The translations under genes were made by a program, and so were the position numbers. From Aeromicrobium sp. (GTDB lineage Bacteria; Actinomycetota; Actinomycetes; Propionibacteriales; Nocardioidaceae): a stretch of 58,351 bases of DNA. Below are positions 58,284 through 58,351 of the stretch, one piece after another. The DNA is taken from positions 1 through 58,351 of the forward strand of contig NZ_JAKFCB010000376.1 of assembly GCF_036676885.1 (NCBI RefSeq). Direction: 5' to 3'. Each line of letters opens with the position of its first letter. The stretch's first letter is position 1. Below the pieces are notes generated by a model. It was given only the letters and a program-made list of their open reading frames with translations, was not told the DNA's origin and made no database searches.

Positions 58284-58351
58284 TCAGACGGCGAACGGGT
58301 CGCGGCCGGGCATCTTGGTGAGCAGCTCCTGGCCCTTGGCGAGGAACTTGT
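58284..58351 (-). CDS. 3' end of an unidentified gene truncated by the window edge
   Basis: Open frame ...KFLAKGQELLTKMPGRDPFAV* ending 1 bp before the hydratase ATG. Confidence 0.55.
   Translation of the reverse strand, partial: KFLAKGQELLTKMPGRDPFAV

Overview
High-GC actinobacterial chromosome segment (Nocardioidaceae-like by gene style; this is inference) with two parts. (1) 481-21062: a ~20.5 kb genomic island at the 3' end of an initiator tRNA-Met (21017-21093, minus strand). It is bounded by an exact 57-bp direct repeat that starts at the anticodon loop, yet it encodes no integrase, and it carries a second, decayed tRNA-Thr(TGT) 3' fragment just inside its tRNA-proximal end. Its cargo is an apparently uncharacterised CoA-dependent catabolic pathway: LLM monooxygenase, flavin reductase, creatininase-family amidohydrolase, two crotonase-family enzymes, two acyl-CoA ligases, a Liv-type ABC importer, an AceE-like E1, an E2 lacking its subunit-binding domain, an orphan IlvB and a small Cys/His protein. 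These form two operons, each with a divergent TetR paralog and GTTAAT-N4-ATTAAC operators overlapping TTGACA-type promoters. (2) 21153-58351: conserved actinobacterial backbone syntenic with M. tuberculosis Rv3193c-Rv3214 (UPF0182, PDZ protease, ABC1 kinase, uvrD2, mycoredoxin, nudC, adnAB, moeZ, DEAD-box helicase, ParA, histidine phosphatase) but lacking whiB7. Small-scale oddities there: a non-oriC DnaA-box cluster, a MIRU-like translational-coupling element, a probable in-frame REP insertion in a mesaconyl-CoA hydratase-like gene, a 22-bp-unit inverted repeat array and a probable CTG start codon. All calls come from reading the sequence and recalled family motifs; no searches were run.
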